Position numbers and translations under genes: made by a program. From the IMG/VR virus record IMGVR_UViG_3300031991_000033: a stretch of DNA of 64,000 bases; one strand, written 5' to 3'. Positions 1 through 9,189 of the stretch are shown one piece after another. Positions within the stretch are counted from its first letter, which is position 1, and every line of letters begins with the position of its first letter. This stretch comes from a virus. The notes under the pieces are model-generated. The model searched no databases, was not told the origin of the DNA, and saw nothing but the letters and a program-made list of their open reading frames with translations.

Positions 1-252
1 ACTGCAACAATTGTATCGGGTTTGGATTTGGTGATTGCTGTTGATACAGCTATTGTTCATCTGTGTGGGGCACTTGGAGTTCCTTGCTGGATGTTGGTTC
101 CTTATAACCCAGATTGGCGTTGGGGAACTGAAGGAGATACCACTTGTTGGTATGATAGCGTCAAGCTCTACCGTCAGAATGAGCGTGACAATTGGAGCGA
201 GGTCATGGAAAGGGTAAAACAGGATGTTCTTTTACTACAGAATCAGCGATAA
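1..252 (+). CDS. C-terminal end of a GT9/heptosyltransferase-like (GT-B) glycosyltransferase; 5'-truncated by the window edge
   Basis: The frame is open from base 1 (TATIVSGLDLVIAVDTAIVHLCGALGVPCWMLVPYNPDWRW...LYRQ). This matches the 'LDLVISVDTxxxHLAGALG.P.W.L......WRW' signature of TPR-GT9 proteins. Confidence 0.8.
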   Translation, partial: TATIVSGLDLVIAVDTAIVHLCGALGVPCWMLVPYNPDWRWGTEGDTTCWYDSVKLYRQNERDNWSEVMERVKQDVLLLQNQR

Positions 253-1090
253 GTCTTACAGAAAAGAAAAGTTGCCCGGCATTGGTAAACGTGAATGCTT
301 GGAAAACTTTCTAAGTGTTTTCAAAAGATGGAACGGAATTGTGCTTGCAGACAATTGCGGCGAAGATACTTTGGCAATGGTTCGAGAAATTTGCAAACCA
401 TTACCAAACGTTTCCATCAGGACTTCTGAGCTTGGAAATGCTGGTGCTTTGAAGTGGTGTATTGACCATGCATTAGAGAACGCAGAGAAGCTTAGGCGAT
501 ATCGTTTGTACTTCGTTGAAGATGACTATCTTCACTCACCTAATGCTGCTGATATCTGTAACGAACCTTTGTCATTACCGGGTGTATCTTACGCAACTCT
601 TTTCGATCATCCAGACAAATACACGCAGTTGTATGGATTTGGAGAAACATCAAAGGTGTTCCGTGGAACGCATCATTGGCGTATGACTCAAAGTACAACG
701 ATGACTTTCTTGGCAAACTCGATGGATTTGCAAAGAGACTATCCGATATGGGAAAAGTATACTTCTAGCAGCCATCCACACGATCATCAAATCTTCACAG
801 AGATTTTGATGGAGAACGAAAAGCTTGACGAGGGCAAGCTGGTTTGTGCAATCCCCGGAGCGGCGGTACATACGGACTTGAGTGTATCAATTGCATTAGC
901 CAAGGTTTCAATCGAACCTTGGGCAATTGCAATGTCTTGCTCTTCGCTTGAGAAGAAAGCGGCTGCAATCGACGATGAAGGTTCTCAAGAAACCTTGGCT
1001 ACAATTATTGGAACGACTCAGAGTGGGACGTGGGACAGAATCAAGTTGCTGAACGCTCTGATTCAGTTTCAGTCGCCCCTTCTATCTTGA
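224..1090 (+). CDS. Putative GT-A fold glycosyltransferase
   Basis: VLADNC, ELGNAGAL and LYFVEDDYLH (DxD-like metal motif) are typical of phage GT2-like proteins. Confidence 0.6.
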   Translation: MFFYYRISDKSYRKEKLPGIGKRECLENFLSVFKRWNGIVLADNCGEDTLAMVREICKPLPNVSIRTSELGNAGALKWCIDHALENAEKLRRYRLYFVEDDYLHSPNAADICNEPLSLPGVSYATLFDHPDKYTQLYGFGETSKVFRGTHHWRMTQSTTMTFLANSMDLQRDYPIWEKYTSSSHPHDHQIFTEILMENEKLDEGKLVCAIPGAAVHTDLSVSIALAKVSIEPWAIAMSCSSLEKKAAAIDDEGSQETLATIIGTTQSGTWDRIKLLNALIQFQSPLLS

Positions 1091-2003
1091 CCTTGAGTCC
1101 GAGTTTCCTAGCCGCTTTGCGAGCAAGTTGGACAAGCGATTTTCGTTCTTCGAAGATCGTTTTTCCGTCTTTTGCAGACAACTTCGTGCGGCTTATACCC
1201 GGAAGTTCTGTGTACCCTTCCCAGCCGATGTATTCTCCTTGTGATTTACGTCTCTTCACAATAACAGAAAGTTCTATAACCACAGAATCAGTGAGGTCTT
1301 GTGTGTAAGGTAACACTTCTTTTCGGTTATAACCGACTGGAATGAAGCTCTCAGTTTCAGTTGTGATGTCGAACACTTTGGTGGCATCCCAATCTGCGTT
1401 AGCATCATAAGCACAGTTTTTGAGCGTAGGAGATAAAATACGCTTTCCCTCTGGACGTTTGCGTGTTTTGTAATACTCGTCGATAGCTTCGGTGTATTTC
1501 TCCAAAATCTTAGACGGATTACAGCTTTTGACATTTCGAGCAACATCAAATGAGTCGATAATGTCTTTAACTGTAAGATGGACGATCTCAATGGGTACTT
1601 TGTGTTTATCCGATCCAATTCTTGAGAAATCAACAAACCAAAGCATGGATTCATGGTCGTAGGAAAACACGGGATTCCGCAAACCCGCAACCGAGTGTTT
1701 TCTGACATAATCTAAGATTTGTGCGTACCAGATTACACCTTCGTCGTATAGATAGTGTAAGTAGAAACCGACGATCCCACGGAAGTCCATGAGTAAGACA
1801 TGCCCTTTCTTTTTGTGGTTGAATCGATTTCTAAGACAGAATGGACAGTAAAAGTGTCCGTGACCAAGTTTGACAATGTTTTTGTAATCGTCTTCTTTCA
1901 TGCCAGATTCTTTCTGGCAGAAGTTACAGCGGGCGACAACAAACTCGAAAATTCCACTTTTGGAATCGATTGGCTCCATGCTCACTTTTACAACTTTTGA
2001 CAT
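1041..2003 (-). CDS. Hypothetical protein with an N-terminal Zn-finger (CxxC...CPFC)
   Basis: 320-aa ORF with CNFC and CPFC pairs; GGAG upstream on the minus strand. Confidence 0.65.
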   Translation of the reverse strand: MSKVVKVSMEPIDSKSGIFEFVVARCNFCQKESGMKEDDYKNIVKLGHGHFYCPFCLRNRFNHKKKGHVLLMDFRGIVGFYLHYLYDEGVIWYAQILDYVRKHSVAGLRNPVFSYDHESMLWFVDFSRIGSDKHKVPIEIVHLTVKDIIDSFDVARNVKSCNPSKILEKYTEAIDEYYKTRKRPEGKRILSPTLKNCAYDANADWDATKVFDITTETESFIPVGYNRKEVLPYTQDLTDSVVIELSVIVKRRKSQGEYIGWEGYTELPGISRTKLSAKDGKTIFEERKSLVQLARKAARKLGLKVKIEGATETESERSAT

Positions 2004-2016
2004 TTTTTGTACTCCG

Positions 2017-2045
2017 TTTTCGAACTGAAAATTTCAGTTCGAAAA
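2017..2045. promoter_or_regulatory. Perfect 14-bp inverted repeat (29-bp palindrome) in a divergent intergenic region
   Basis: TTTTCGAACTGAAA-A-TTTCAGTTCGAAAA, between the starts of 1041..2003(-) and 2089(+). Confidence 0.7.
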
Positions 2046-2088
2046 GCTATATACGGTAGGCAATGTAACCATAGCGAGGAAAGACATT

Positions 2089-2307
2089 ATGCTTGATTTC
2101 ATCGAGTGGGCTAAGGAAAATGGGCTGGACCTTCCAGCAATCAACGAAAATCAAACTCGTTCGGGTGTCCGTGGACAGTATCCAGACGGCTACGTCCGCA
2201 GTCAGTACCCAGACGGCTATTTCGCACCGACATCGGCAACTGCTTTCCTTGACCTGAAAAACGCAAAAGGCATCAGTCACAAAACTGGCAAAAACGAAGC
2301 CAAGTAA
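2089..2307 (+). CDS. Small hypothetical protein; possible internal virion protein
   Basis: GAGG RBS; N-terminus MLDFIEWAKE; internal repeat R(G/S)QYPDGY x2. Confidence 0.7.
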   Translation: MLDFIEWAKENGLDLPAINENQTRSGVRGQYPDGYVRSQYPDGYFAPTSATAFLDLKNAKGISHKTGKNEAK

Positions 2308-2328
2308 AACGACTGAGCCAACTTACAC

Positions 2329-2362
2329 AAAGACCCCTGATTTTTGATCTAGGGGTCTTTTT
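2329..2362. terminator. Bidirectional intrinsic terminator
   Basis: AAAGACCCCT...AGGGGTCTTT stem flanked by A and T runs, between convergent genes. Confidence 0.8.
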
Positions 2363-2373
2363 GTATAAGTGGA

Positions 2374-2769
2374 TCACGTCGTTACAATGATGGAGCCAAG
2401 TCCATCTTCCAAATGATCATCGATACGGGAAGACTTGTCTGTATCCCCGATGCTCTTGTTGTTTTGGTTTTCGATACACTTTTCGTAAACCTCATCACGT
2501 TCCCAATATCCCCAATGATCGGGACGCATTGGGTTGGCAAAGACAAGACCCATCTTAACGTATTTGGCAATGATTTGCTCGACCCTCGCACGAGGTAGTC
2601 CGCTTTCTTTTGCGAGAGCTTCTGTGCTTCGCCATTCGAACTCTGGATGACGTACCAGACCTGATTGGCGGTTGAGTCCAATGAAGAATTTCTGTTCTTC
2701 ATCGCCTTCTTTTGTCCCTTGTGGGTAGACCTGAGTCCACTTCTTTAGCTTCATTTTCGACTTGCTCAT
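2374..2769 (-). CDS. Hypothetical protein (possible winged-helix)
   Basis: 131-aa ORF; WRSTEALAKESGLPRARVEQIIAKYVKMGLV is HTH-like. Confidence 0.6.
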   Translation of the reverse strand: MSKSKMKLKKWTQVYPQGTKEGDEEQKFFIGLNRQSGLVRHPEFEWRSTEALAKESGLPRARVEQIIAKYVKMGLVFANPMRPDHWGYWERDEVYEKCIENQNNKSIGDTDKSSRIDDHLEDGLGSIIVTT

Positions 2770-2881
2770 TTCTGAATCTCCGTAATTTTGGAAGCGACAA
2801 CAGTATTATACAATAAGAAGAACTTAACGCAAGGTGCGTTTTGCCGCCTCACTATATGAGTGAAGTCCACAAGGAGTGTAA

Positions 2882-3370
2882 ATGAAATATCGCAAATTCA
2901 ACCGATACGAGAAAAAAGAGAATAAAGCTCACAACGTCAGGGAAGCCCTCTCAGGAGGCGGCGTCTATCTGTACCAGAATAGTAACGCCAAAGCAGAACT
3001 GACTTTGCCACGACCAACCAAGAGTGGTATGCGAGTAATCAAGCCGGGTGCTCAGTTTCAGGGCGACGACTATTACATGCAACTCGTCAAAACTGGAATG
3101 CTTCGTCTCGTCGAAGTGCTCCAAACAGCCGAACAGGAAAAGGCTGAACAAGTTAAACAAGACCAAGGAGAACAAACCATGAATGAGTCACAACAATTGC
3201 TTCTGGACCAACCAGACACAGTTACTCACGCCGGTCCCGTTGAACACGTCGTCAAGGGCGACGTTACTCAGAAGAAGGTGAACGAGCAAGCCAATGCTTC
3301 GCAGGTTCCGGTTCTTCTCAACGAAAGTCCGGTTGCTGACGACGGATTCGTTATCGTCGAAGAAAACTGA
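2882..3370 (+). CDS. Hypothetical protein
   Basis: AAGGAG RBS; 162-aa ORF. Confidence 0.7.
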   Translation: MKYRKFNRYEKKENKAHNVREALSGGGVYLYQNSNAKAELTLPRPTKSGMRVIKPGAQFQGDDYYMQLVKTGMLRLVEVLQTAEQEKAEQVKQDQGEQTMNESQQLLLDQPDTVTHAGPVEHVVKGDVTQKKVNEQANASQVPVLLNESPVADDGFVIVEEN

Positions 3371-3399
3371 GATATATCGAGAAAATCTGAAAACTCGGT

Positions 3400-3427
3400 T
3401 TTACGTTCCAAATTTTGTTCGTACAAT
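3400..3427 (+). promoter_or_regulatory. Sigma70-like early promoter (weaker copy of a repeated promoter design)
   Basis: TTTACG-N16(ending TTCG)-TACAAT upstream of the AAA gene. Confidence 0.5.
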
Positions 3428-3481
3428 GGGCACACGGCTCAAATCGTGTGTCCATTTTCACTTACAAGCGGAGGTCCGTGC

Positions 3482-4708
3482 ATGGCAAACTTCAAAGTAA
3501 CTTTGGAACGCAAAACTGCAAAACGCCTCAACTCTGACACGCTGGAAGAGCATCTTGAATACCTTGTGAGCCGTGCGACTGCCGGTGATCGCAAGGCTTG
3601 GACGAACACCAAATACAACGTGAGTGGACCCAAGCGTGAGTCTGGTGGACACGCTTATGCCATCACACTCACGTTTGAACGTAGCCGCCTTGGTAAGGAA
3701 CCATCTGGCGAACAACTCACCAATGAGTTGAAGTCAATCATGGAATACCTCACCAAGGCGGCTACGTCAACCAAATTCAAGCCTGCATGGTCAGTTGGTG
3801 ACCCTCAGCCAAGTTGGAGTACAAGTGTTGTAATGGGAGCGGAGTCTGACGGCTGCGATATTCTACCGTTTGAACGTGCTCTGACCTTCGAAGAACTGGT
3901 GATCCCCGAAGTGCTGGTGAGCGGTACGGATGAAGAAATTGAGCAGCATCCAGCGTTCCAAGGCATCTATGCACGTGCGGCACATATCCGCATCATTGGC
4001 TCTTCTTTGAAGCGAATGGTGGTCACCAAGGGTGCCAAACGAAACCATGTATTGCTTCACGGACTGCCCGGTTGTGCAAAGTCCCATATTCTTATGGGAT
4101 GGATGAACGTTCTCGGACCCGGTGCTTACTTCACCATCAACGCCAATAGTGCAACTCGTGCAGGCATTGAGAAGTTGTTCCTCGACAGATTCCGGCAAAC
4201 TGGTGTTCCGCCAGTTTGTTTTGTTGAAGAAATCGAGAAAACTCAAGAAGCGATTCTCACAGTCTGGCTTTCCATCTTAGACGAACGTGCGGAAGTTCGT
4301 AAAATCAATTACCGTGAGCAAGCTCGAATTGAAGCTAAGGTCTTGTCAATTGCGACGGCAAATGATAAAGTCCTGTTCGACCGCTTGCATGGCGGACGAC
4401 CGAGCCATCCCGGTGCTTTGTCGAGTCGTTTCACTAAGAAACTCTATGTGCCTCGACCTGACAAAGATGTGATGGAGAGGATTCTGCTTCGTGACATCAA
4501 TATGTACGGCGGCAAGAAAGCATGGGTGAAACCGTGTCTGGAAATCGCCGAACAGATCGGAACGAACGATCCTCGAATTGTGATGTCTCTGTTGGACGGT
4601 CAAGACCGTCTGCTTGACAACGGTTACCGTGAAGACATGCTCTCGATCTACAAGATGGAAGACAACGACCATTGGCAAGAAGATCGAGACGAAATCGAAG
4701 AAGACTAA
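3482..4708 (+). CDS. AAA+ ATPase
   Basis: Walker A HGLPGCAKS, Walker B CFVEEIEK, sensor-1 ATAND and Arg-finger ALSSRF; GGAGG RBS before ATG 3482. Confidence 0.85.
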   Translation: MANFKVTLERKTAKRLNSDTLEEHLEYLVSRATAGDRKAWTNTKYNVSGPKRESGGHAYAITLTFERSRLGKEPSGEQLTNELKSIMEYLTKAATSTKFKPAWSVGDPQPSWSTSVVMGAESDGCDILPFERALTFEELVIPEVLVSGTDEEIEQHPAFQGIYARAAHIRIIGSSLKRMVVTKGAKRNHVLLHGLPGCAKSHILMGWMNVLGPGAYFTINANSATRAGIEKLFLDRFRQTGVPPVCFVEEIEKTQEAILTVWLSILDERAEVRKINYREQARIEAKVLSIATANDKVLFDRLHGGRPSHPGALSSRFTKKLYVPRPDKDVMERILLRDINMYGGKKAWVKPCLEIAEQIGTNDPRIVMSLLDGQDRLLDNGYREDMLSIYKMEDNDHWQEDRDEIEED

Positions 4709-4718
4709 GGAGAAACCG

Positions 4719-5186
4719 ATGGCTGATTTTGTGTCCTATTGGGCTGTTTTCGCCTCTGGCAATGTTGCCGCACTCTGCCCTCAACGTGAAGACGCATTGG
4801 AATACATGCGTTTGAACGGCGGCGAGGGTATGGAGCAAGTGCGTTCCTTGGAACAGTTGTTCCAAACTTTGCAGCGTCACCGTGCTGCATATCAACAACA
4901 AGTTGCCGAAGACATCCTGCGTGTTCTCGCCGTTGAAGAAGAGATGGGCGAATGCTTTGAAGAAGCATACGACAATCTCATGAACAAACTTGGTGAGCTT
5001 GGACTCACTCGTGAGAATGCTCAGAAGGTTCTCGAAGACCTTCGCAAAGGAACCAGTGACTTCACTAGCGTTCTTGGTGGCTATGGCTGTCAAGCAGTGA
5101 ATGCGGCTGGTGGTTTGCTTGGTCGATTTGCCGCCAAACTACAATCCTTCGGCGTCAATGTCGAGGGGGAAAACGAAGACGAATAA
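4719..5186 (+). CDS. Hypothetical protein
   Basis: AAGGAG RBS; ATG 4719; phage-like codon usage. Confidence 0.7.
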   Translation: MADFVSYWAVFASGNVAALCPQREDALEYMRLNGGEGMEQVRSLEQLFQTLQRHRAAYQQQVAEDILRVLAVEEEMGECFEEAYDNLMNKLGELGLTRENAQKVLEDLRKGTSDFTSVLGGYGCQAVNAAGGLLGRFAAKLQSFGVNVEGENEDE

Positions 5187-5197
5187 GGAGCCTGTGA

Positions 5198-6271
5198 ATG
5201 GCTAGTACGTTGATTGCTGAAGTTTGTAAGATCGCTGAGATCGAGCCGCATCCCGACGCTGATCGTCTTGAATTGGCACGCATCAAAAACTGGTGGTGCA
5301 TTGTCAAGAAAGACGCATTCATCGTTGGCGAAAAGGTTGTATACATCCCACCGGAAACTGTTGTTCCAACAGCGGTTGCCGAGAAATGGGGCGTGTTCAA
5401 CTATTGTTCTCGTCTGCCAAAGTTGGGTGATGGCACTCAACCCGATGGTGTACGAGTCAAAGCGGCTCGGATTCGAGGCGTTGCCAGCCAAGGTTTGATT
5501 CTACCTCCCGAAGACAAAAATTGGGAATTGGGTCATTCGGTGGTTGAACACTTCGGTTTGAGCAAGTACGAGCCACCGCCGCCCGTGAACGCAGGTGAGG
5601 CAATTCCAGAACCGGAGATGTTCCACAGATTCACCGACATCGAAAACATCGGCAACTTTCCTGATGTATTTGTTGATGGCGAGGAAGTTGTTGTCGATGA
5701 AAAGATTCATGGCACCAACGGTCGTGCAGCTATCATCAACATTGACGGCGAAATGAAACTGTTCTGTGGTGGTCACAAACAGTGTCTCAAAGAAGTAAGC
5801 GATGATGGAAAACGATGTGTTTACTGGACTGCTATGGATGACAAGATGCAAGCATTGCTTGCCAAAGTGTCAGAAGGCGGTCGAAACGTTGTCGTGTTCG
5901 TGGAAGTCTTTGGTAGAAAGATTCAAGACATGGAATACGGCATGAACCAAATTGGTTATCGTGCCTACGACATGTCTGTGGATGGTCGTTACTTGGACTA
6001 CGAAGACAAAGTGGCTCTTTTCGCCGAGTTTGGCGTTGAGATGGCACCACTTTTGTATCGTGGACCATTCAGCATGGCGAAGATGCAAGAGTTGGTAGAC
6101 GGTCCTACAACCATGTGCGATCCAGACAAAGCTGGTCGCTTCAGTGGTCGTGAAGGAATCGTCATCCGTCCTGTTAAGGAAGTGCGTCATCCTCATGTTG
6201 GACGGAAAATCCTCAAGATGATTTCGGTTGATTACCACGAACGCAAAGGTAACAAAACCGAATTTCACTAA
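5198..6271 (+). CDS. RNA ligase, DRB0094-type (N-terminal OB/tRNA-binding-like domain plus Rnl2-like nucleotidyltransferase)
   Basis: N-terminal IEPHPDADRLELA...RIRGVASQGL; motif I EKIHGTN; VEVFG; AYDM; REGIVIRP; ILKMISVDY. Confidence 0.9.
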   Translation: MASTLIAEVCKIAEIEPHPDADRLELARIKNWWCIVKKDAFIVGEKVVYIPPETVVPTAVAEKWGVFNYCSRLPKLGDGTQPDGVRVKAARIRGVASQGLILPPEDKNWELGHSVVEHFGLSKYEPPPPVNAGEAIPEPEMFHRFTDIENIGNFPDVFVDGEEVVVDEKIHGTNGRAAIINIDGEMKLFCGGHKQCLKEVSDDGKRCVYWTAMDDKMQALLAKVSEGGRNVVVFVEVFGRKIQDMEYGMNQIGYRAYDMSVDGRYLDYEDKVALFAEFGVEMAPLLYRGPFSMAKMQELVDGPTTMCDPDKAGRFSGREGIVIRPVKEVRHPHVGRKILKMISVDYHERKGNKTEFH

Positions 6272-6280
6272 GAGGTCTCC

Positions 6281-6571
6281 ATGTTCAAGAAAAAAGACTC
6301 ACTGACCGGCATAGGGCTGATTCTGTTCTGTATTGCCTTGGCTGTCGTTATCATCATCGACAGCCAAGGCAAAGAACGGAGAATCCATGCTTGGGCAGAG
6401 CAACAGGGCTACGAGATTGTAGCCATTGAAGAACAACAATTCACAACCGGTCCTTTCCAAAACAAAGACGATACACAGAAGATTTATCGTGCTAGAGTGA
6501 AAGGGAAAGACAACCAAGATAAGTGGATTTGGTTCCGCATTGGTTGGTGGCTCGATGCCAAGGAAGAATGA
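6281..6571 (+). CDS. Small membrane-anchored protein
   Basis: N-terminal hydrophobic helix GIGLILFCIALAVVIII; GAGG RBS. Confidence 0.7.
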   Translation: MFKKKDSLTGIGLILFCIALAVVIIIDSQGKERRIHAWAEQQGYEIVAIEEQQFTTGPFQNKDDTQKIYRARVKGKDNQDKWIWFRIGWWLDAKEE

Positions 6572-7064
6572 GCATGAAAGTTTTGTACTCTAACGAGCCA
6601 GCTATCGGTGATGATTCGCATTCGATCTTTCTTGCTGGACCTACGCCTAGAAGCAGGGATGTTGATTCATGGCGTCCTGAAGCATTGGAATTCCTCGAAG
6701 TTATAGGTTGGAATGGGTTGGTCATGGTGCCTGAACACCGAGACTGGTCTGCCCTTGCAAGTTATGACGGACAGGTTGAGTGGGAGCAGGTTTGCCTCCA
6801 CGGTTGTGGTAAGGTTGTTTTTGGGTTCCTCGTGATCTCAAAACCATGCCAGCCTTCACTACAAATGTTGAATTCGGGTATTGGATCGCACGTGATCCCG
6901 TAAAGGTCATGTATGGGCGACCGGACAACTCGCCCAAGAACCGATATCTGGATTGGATGTATCAGACGCACACTCAACGAGAGCCTGTGTCTGATTTAAG
7001 GACTTTACTTACACAGACTGTTGGGACTTTTAACCATGAATCTGGGACGAGAACATTGGCGTAA
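6568..7064 (+). CDS. Nucleoside 2-deoxyribosyltransferase-like protein, split by a -1 frameshift at a T5 run (6818-6822)
   Basis: IFLAGPTPRS...W in one frame; VVFWVPRDLKTMPAFTTNVEFG...YGRP...RYLDW continues in the -1 frame. One extra T restores the family motif. Confidence 0.75.
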
Positions 7065-7677
7065 ACGTTGGATTACAGCGGATTGGCATTTGGGAGAAGA
7101 TCGCATGGGAATCATGATGCGACCTTTTTCCAATCAACAAGAACACATTAACAACATTGTCATGAGACACAACTTTGCCGTAGCACCTGATGATCTAATC
7201 ATCGTTGTCGGCGATGCTGTGAACCAAAATAAACCTGAGTGTGTCGAGATTCTTGAAAGACTCAACGGACGGAAGGTTTTGATTCGTGGGAATCATGACC
7301 GACCATATTCGGATGAAGAACTCGGAAAATACTTCGAACTCATCATCCCCGAAGGTGAAGGCGTCGAACTTGAAGTGATGTGTGATGGAAGTTTATTGCA
7401 TTGTTGGGCAACACATTATCCAACTCAAGCTCGTGAAGATCGATTCAACTTAGTTGGTCACATCCATTCCGCATGGAAGTTCCAACTGAACAGCGTCAAT
7501 GTTGGTGTGGATTGTAACCATTTCTGTCCACACGATCTTGATGTATTTGTTCCGTTTGCATACACCGCCATCAGTAAGTTCTATGATGACGATGTGTGGG
7601 CGGCTTACCACGAAGCAAATTGCTCCTTCCACGGCAAGCGTGGCAAGGAAGGGGTATATTTCAAAAAGGAAGACTGA
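7036..7677 (+). CDS. Calcineurin-like metallophosphoesterase
   Basis: Motifs ADWHLG, VGD, RGNHD, HYP and GHIH. Confidence 0.9.
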   Translation: MNLGREHWRKRWITADWHLGEDRMGIMMRPFSNQQEHINNIVMRHNFAVAPDDLIIVVGDAVNQNKPECVEILERLNGRKVLIRGNHDRPYSDEELGKYFELIIPEGEGVELEVMCDGSLLHCWATHYPTQAREDRFNLVGHIHSAWKFQLNSVNVGVDCNHFCPHDLDVFVPFAYTAISKFYDDDVWAAYHEANCSFHGKRGKEGVYFKKED

Positions 7678-7678
7678 G

Positions 7679-8512
7679 ATGAGTGATGCACTTGGGGATA
7701 GAATGAAGGCATACGAAGGACAATACGCCGTTCAGGTATTGATGCCTCGTATCCCGGTTGTTGCTCGTATTGACGGTCGAGCGTTCCACAGCTTTTGTCG
7801 TGGACTCAAGCGTCCTTATGATCAACGTCTGTCTGAACTGATGGTTCGCACCACCGAGTATCTCGTTGAAGAGACCGGTGCCAACTGTGGTTATACACAG
7901 AGCGACGAAATCAGTTTAGTGTGGTACAGAGAAGAATACAACTCGGAAATCTTCTTCAAGGGTCGCCTTTTGAAGATGACTTCGATTCTCGCCTCGATGA
8001 CCACCGCATTCTTCAACAAGTACATTCCTGACTACATGCCAGAGAAGGAGGATATTTTCGCCTTCTTTGACTCTCGTGTCTTCAACGTACCCCTCGAACA
8101 GGAAGCAGCAAACTACTTCGTGTGGAGAGAGATGGATGCAACACGCAATAGTGTGAGTATGGCAGCACAGGCTTACTTCTCACACAATTCGTTGCAGGGG
8201 CAGGGTAGTTCGGAAATGCAAGAAAGACTCTTCCAAGAGAAGGGAATTAACTGGAACGACTACCCCGCCTTTTTCAAACGTGGTACTTACGTTCAAAAGC
8301 GTAAGATCAACATCCCATTCACTGCTGCCGAGATTGACAGACTTCCTGAAAAGCACGCTGCAAGAACAAATCCAAATCTTGTAATTGAACGCCAGAAGGT
8401 GTTCAGAATCGACATGCCGCCGATTCTTAGGGTTACAAACAGAGTGGATGTAATTCTGCGTGGTGATGATCCTCAAACCGAAAGCGAAAGCGATGGTCAA
8501 AGTAACGAGTGA
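7679..8512 (+). CDS. tRNA(His) guanylyltransferase Thg1 / Thg1-like 3'-5' polymerase
   Basis: LGDRMKAYE, ARIDGRAFH, YTQSDEISL, FDSRVF, YFVWREMDATRNS, GINWNDYP and FKRG. Confidence 0.92.
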   Translation: MSDALGDRMKAYEGQYAVQVLMPRIPVVARIDGRAFHSFCRGLKRPYDQRLSELMVRTTEYLVEETGANCGYTQSDEISLVWYREEYNSEIFFKGRLLKMTSILASMTTAFFNKYIPDYMPEKEDIFAFFDSRVFNVPLEQEAANYFVWREMDATRNSVSMAAQAYFSHNSLQGQGSSEMQERLFQEKGINWNDYPAFFKRGTYVQKRKINIPFTAAEIDRLPEKHAARTNPNLVIERQKVFRIDMPPILRVTNRVDVILRGDDPQTESESDGQSNE

Positions 8513-8933
8513 AAAATCTGATCCCTTCGAGATTTTTACAACCTCGAAGCTCGAACGCATTATGAATGGTGCGTTGAAGGAGACTATCCGGGCACACGGA
8601 CCTGTAGATGTCAACGGCATCTCTTCTGTGTCAAAACGTGCCTGTATACAACTCCGAGCCTATCTGCGACAGTTCACTTCACAACAATTGTTGGAAGAGT
8701 CAACTAAGCAGATTGTCGAAGCTGCTGAACAATCCAATGTTGATCTACGAGAACACAATCGTAGATTGACAAAACAGGTTGCGTTTCTCGGCGAAGAGTT
8801 ACGCAAGATTCGTGATGGTGAATCCGAGAATCCGTCTGAGACGGCAAAGGAAGCCATCGTTCAAGCAAGGTCGATTCGCAAGGAAGAGAAATGCCAACAG
8901 ATTTCTGGATCGGAATTGTCTTCGGAACTTTAA
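8493..8933 (+). CDS. Hypothetical coiled-coil protein
   Basis: Open frame filling the gap after Thg1; start uncertain. Confidence 0.5.
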   Translation: MVKVTSEKSDPFEIFTTSKLERIMNGALKETIRAHGPVDVNGISSVSKRACIQLRAYLRQFTSQQLLEESTKQIVEAAEQSNVDLREHNRRLTKQVAFLGEELRKIRDGESENPSETAKEAIVQARSIRKEEKCQQISGSELSSEL

Positions 8934-9124
8934 TTGGTATGTTGATCCACATGCTGTGGCTCCGCTCAACGGCAACTGCTGTTGTGGAGAAAATCAATGA
9001 ATGCCAAAATCGTGATGACGAATGGTGGAAGCGTGGCGAACGCCCCCTTGGGAGCGTGAGGACTACGAGCATGATGGGTAATCTTTTGGAAAAATTTGTC
9101 CGACCTTGTTTTACAAAAAACTGA
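8891..9124 (+). CDS. Small membrane protein
   Basis: GGAG RBS; N-terminal TM helix FWIGIVFGTLIGMLIHMLWL. Confidence 0.6.
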   Translation: MPTDFWIGIVFGTLIGMLIHMLWLRSTATAVVEKINECQNRDDEWWKRGERPLGSVRTTSMMGNLLEKFVRPCFTKN

Positions 9125-9137
9125 AACTCCGTAAAAT
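9110..9137 (+). promoter_or_regulatory. Sigma70-like promoter for pncA-vWA
   Basis: TTTACA-N16(ending CCG)-TAAAAT, 52 nt upstream of ATG 9190. Confidence 0.7.
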
Positions 9138-9189
9138 GGTTGCAGTGAGTTAAACTCAGTTTCAAATCCCCGAAGTAGGAGAACTTGTC

